In this document: piece by piece, positions 53,223 through 53,429 of the stretch | Position numbering within the stretch: position 1 is the stretch's first letter | Layout of the letters: each line of letters starts with the position of its first letter | IMG/VR virus record: IMGVR_UViG_3300048599_000234 | Location: 1-53,429 of that record | Direction: 5' to 3' (one strand) | Origin: a virus | Lineage: Duplodnaviria > Caudoviricetes | Length of the DNA: 53,429 bases | The notes under the pieces: generated by a model | What the model was told of the DNA's origin: nothing | Database searches by the model: none | What the model saw: only the letters and a program-made list of their open reading frames with translations | Translations under genes and position numbers: made by a program

Positions 53223-53429
53223 ATGGGCGCGCTCGAGGAATTGCTCGAGCGCGTCAAGGCGCTGCCGGACAAGGAGCGCAAGGCGGTCGAGCGCGACGCG
53301 ATCGCGGCCACCAAGGACCGGTTGTGGGTGCCGAATGTGGGGCCCCAGACGGCCGCTTATTTCTGCGAGGCCGACGAGCTGCTCTATGGCGGCGAGGCCG
53401 GCGGCGGCAAGTCCGACCTGCTGCTGGGC
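53223..53429 (+). CDS. terL: Terminase large subunit N-terminus (partial)
   Basis: PNVGPQ...ADELLYGGEAGGGKSDLLLG (Walker A); runs off the window end. Confidence 0.92.
   Translation, partial: MGALEELLERVKALPDKERKAVERDAIAATKDRLWVPNVGPQTAAYFCEADELLYGGEAGGGKSDLLLG

Overview
The window is a nearly complete, circularly permuted genome of a GC-rich temperate podovirus with a T7/BPP-1/epsilon15-like virion module. The host is probably a Hyphomicrobiales alphaproteobacterium (inferred from the tRNA-type att core, a rhizobial-type XRE protein and base composition). The terminase large subunit starts at 53223, runs off the right end and resumes in frame at position 1. Gene order: terL, portal, scaffold, major capsid, tail adaptor and nozzle, ejection proteins, an accessory locus (20.4-23.3 kb), tail fibre, lysis, a leftward operon (dam, gp49/66, RyR, truncated dcm), attP, int/xis, early leftward genes, CI/Cro switch, MT-A70 methylase, replication protein with origin, a Cre-like recombinase, terS, and an AT-richer island of fibre/glycan-binding genes. 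The most striking element is in the accessory locus. A small ribbon-helix-helix repressor sits divergent to an operon of an HNH nuclease, an overlapping truncated RAMP/Cas7-like gene, and a perfectly phased non-coding array of 22 pentamers G(G)Y-NN ending in a terminator. This is a candidate, probably decayed, RNA-guided system with a gapped dinucleotide code (VIPR-like). Other notable items: a structured capsid leader with a twice-repeated internal-loop motif, a gene spanning attP, a putative nucleotide-sponge cluster, a degenerate tRNA-Gly near an acyl-carrier-like gene, and a BECR nuclease domain in an ejection protein. All family assignments are motif recognition by eye; no searches were run.
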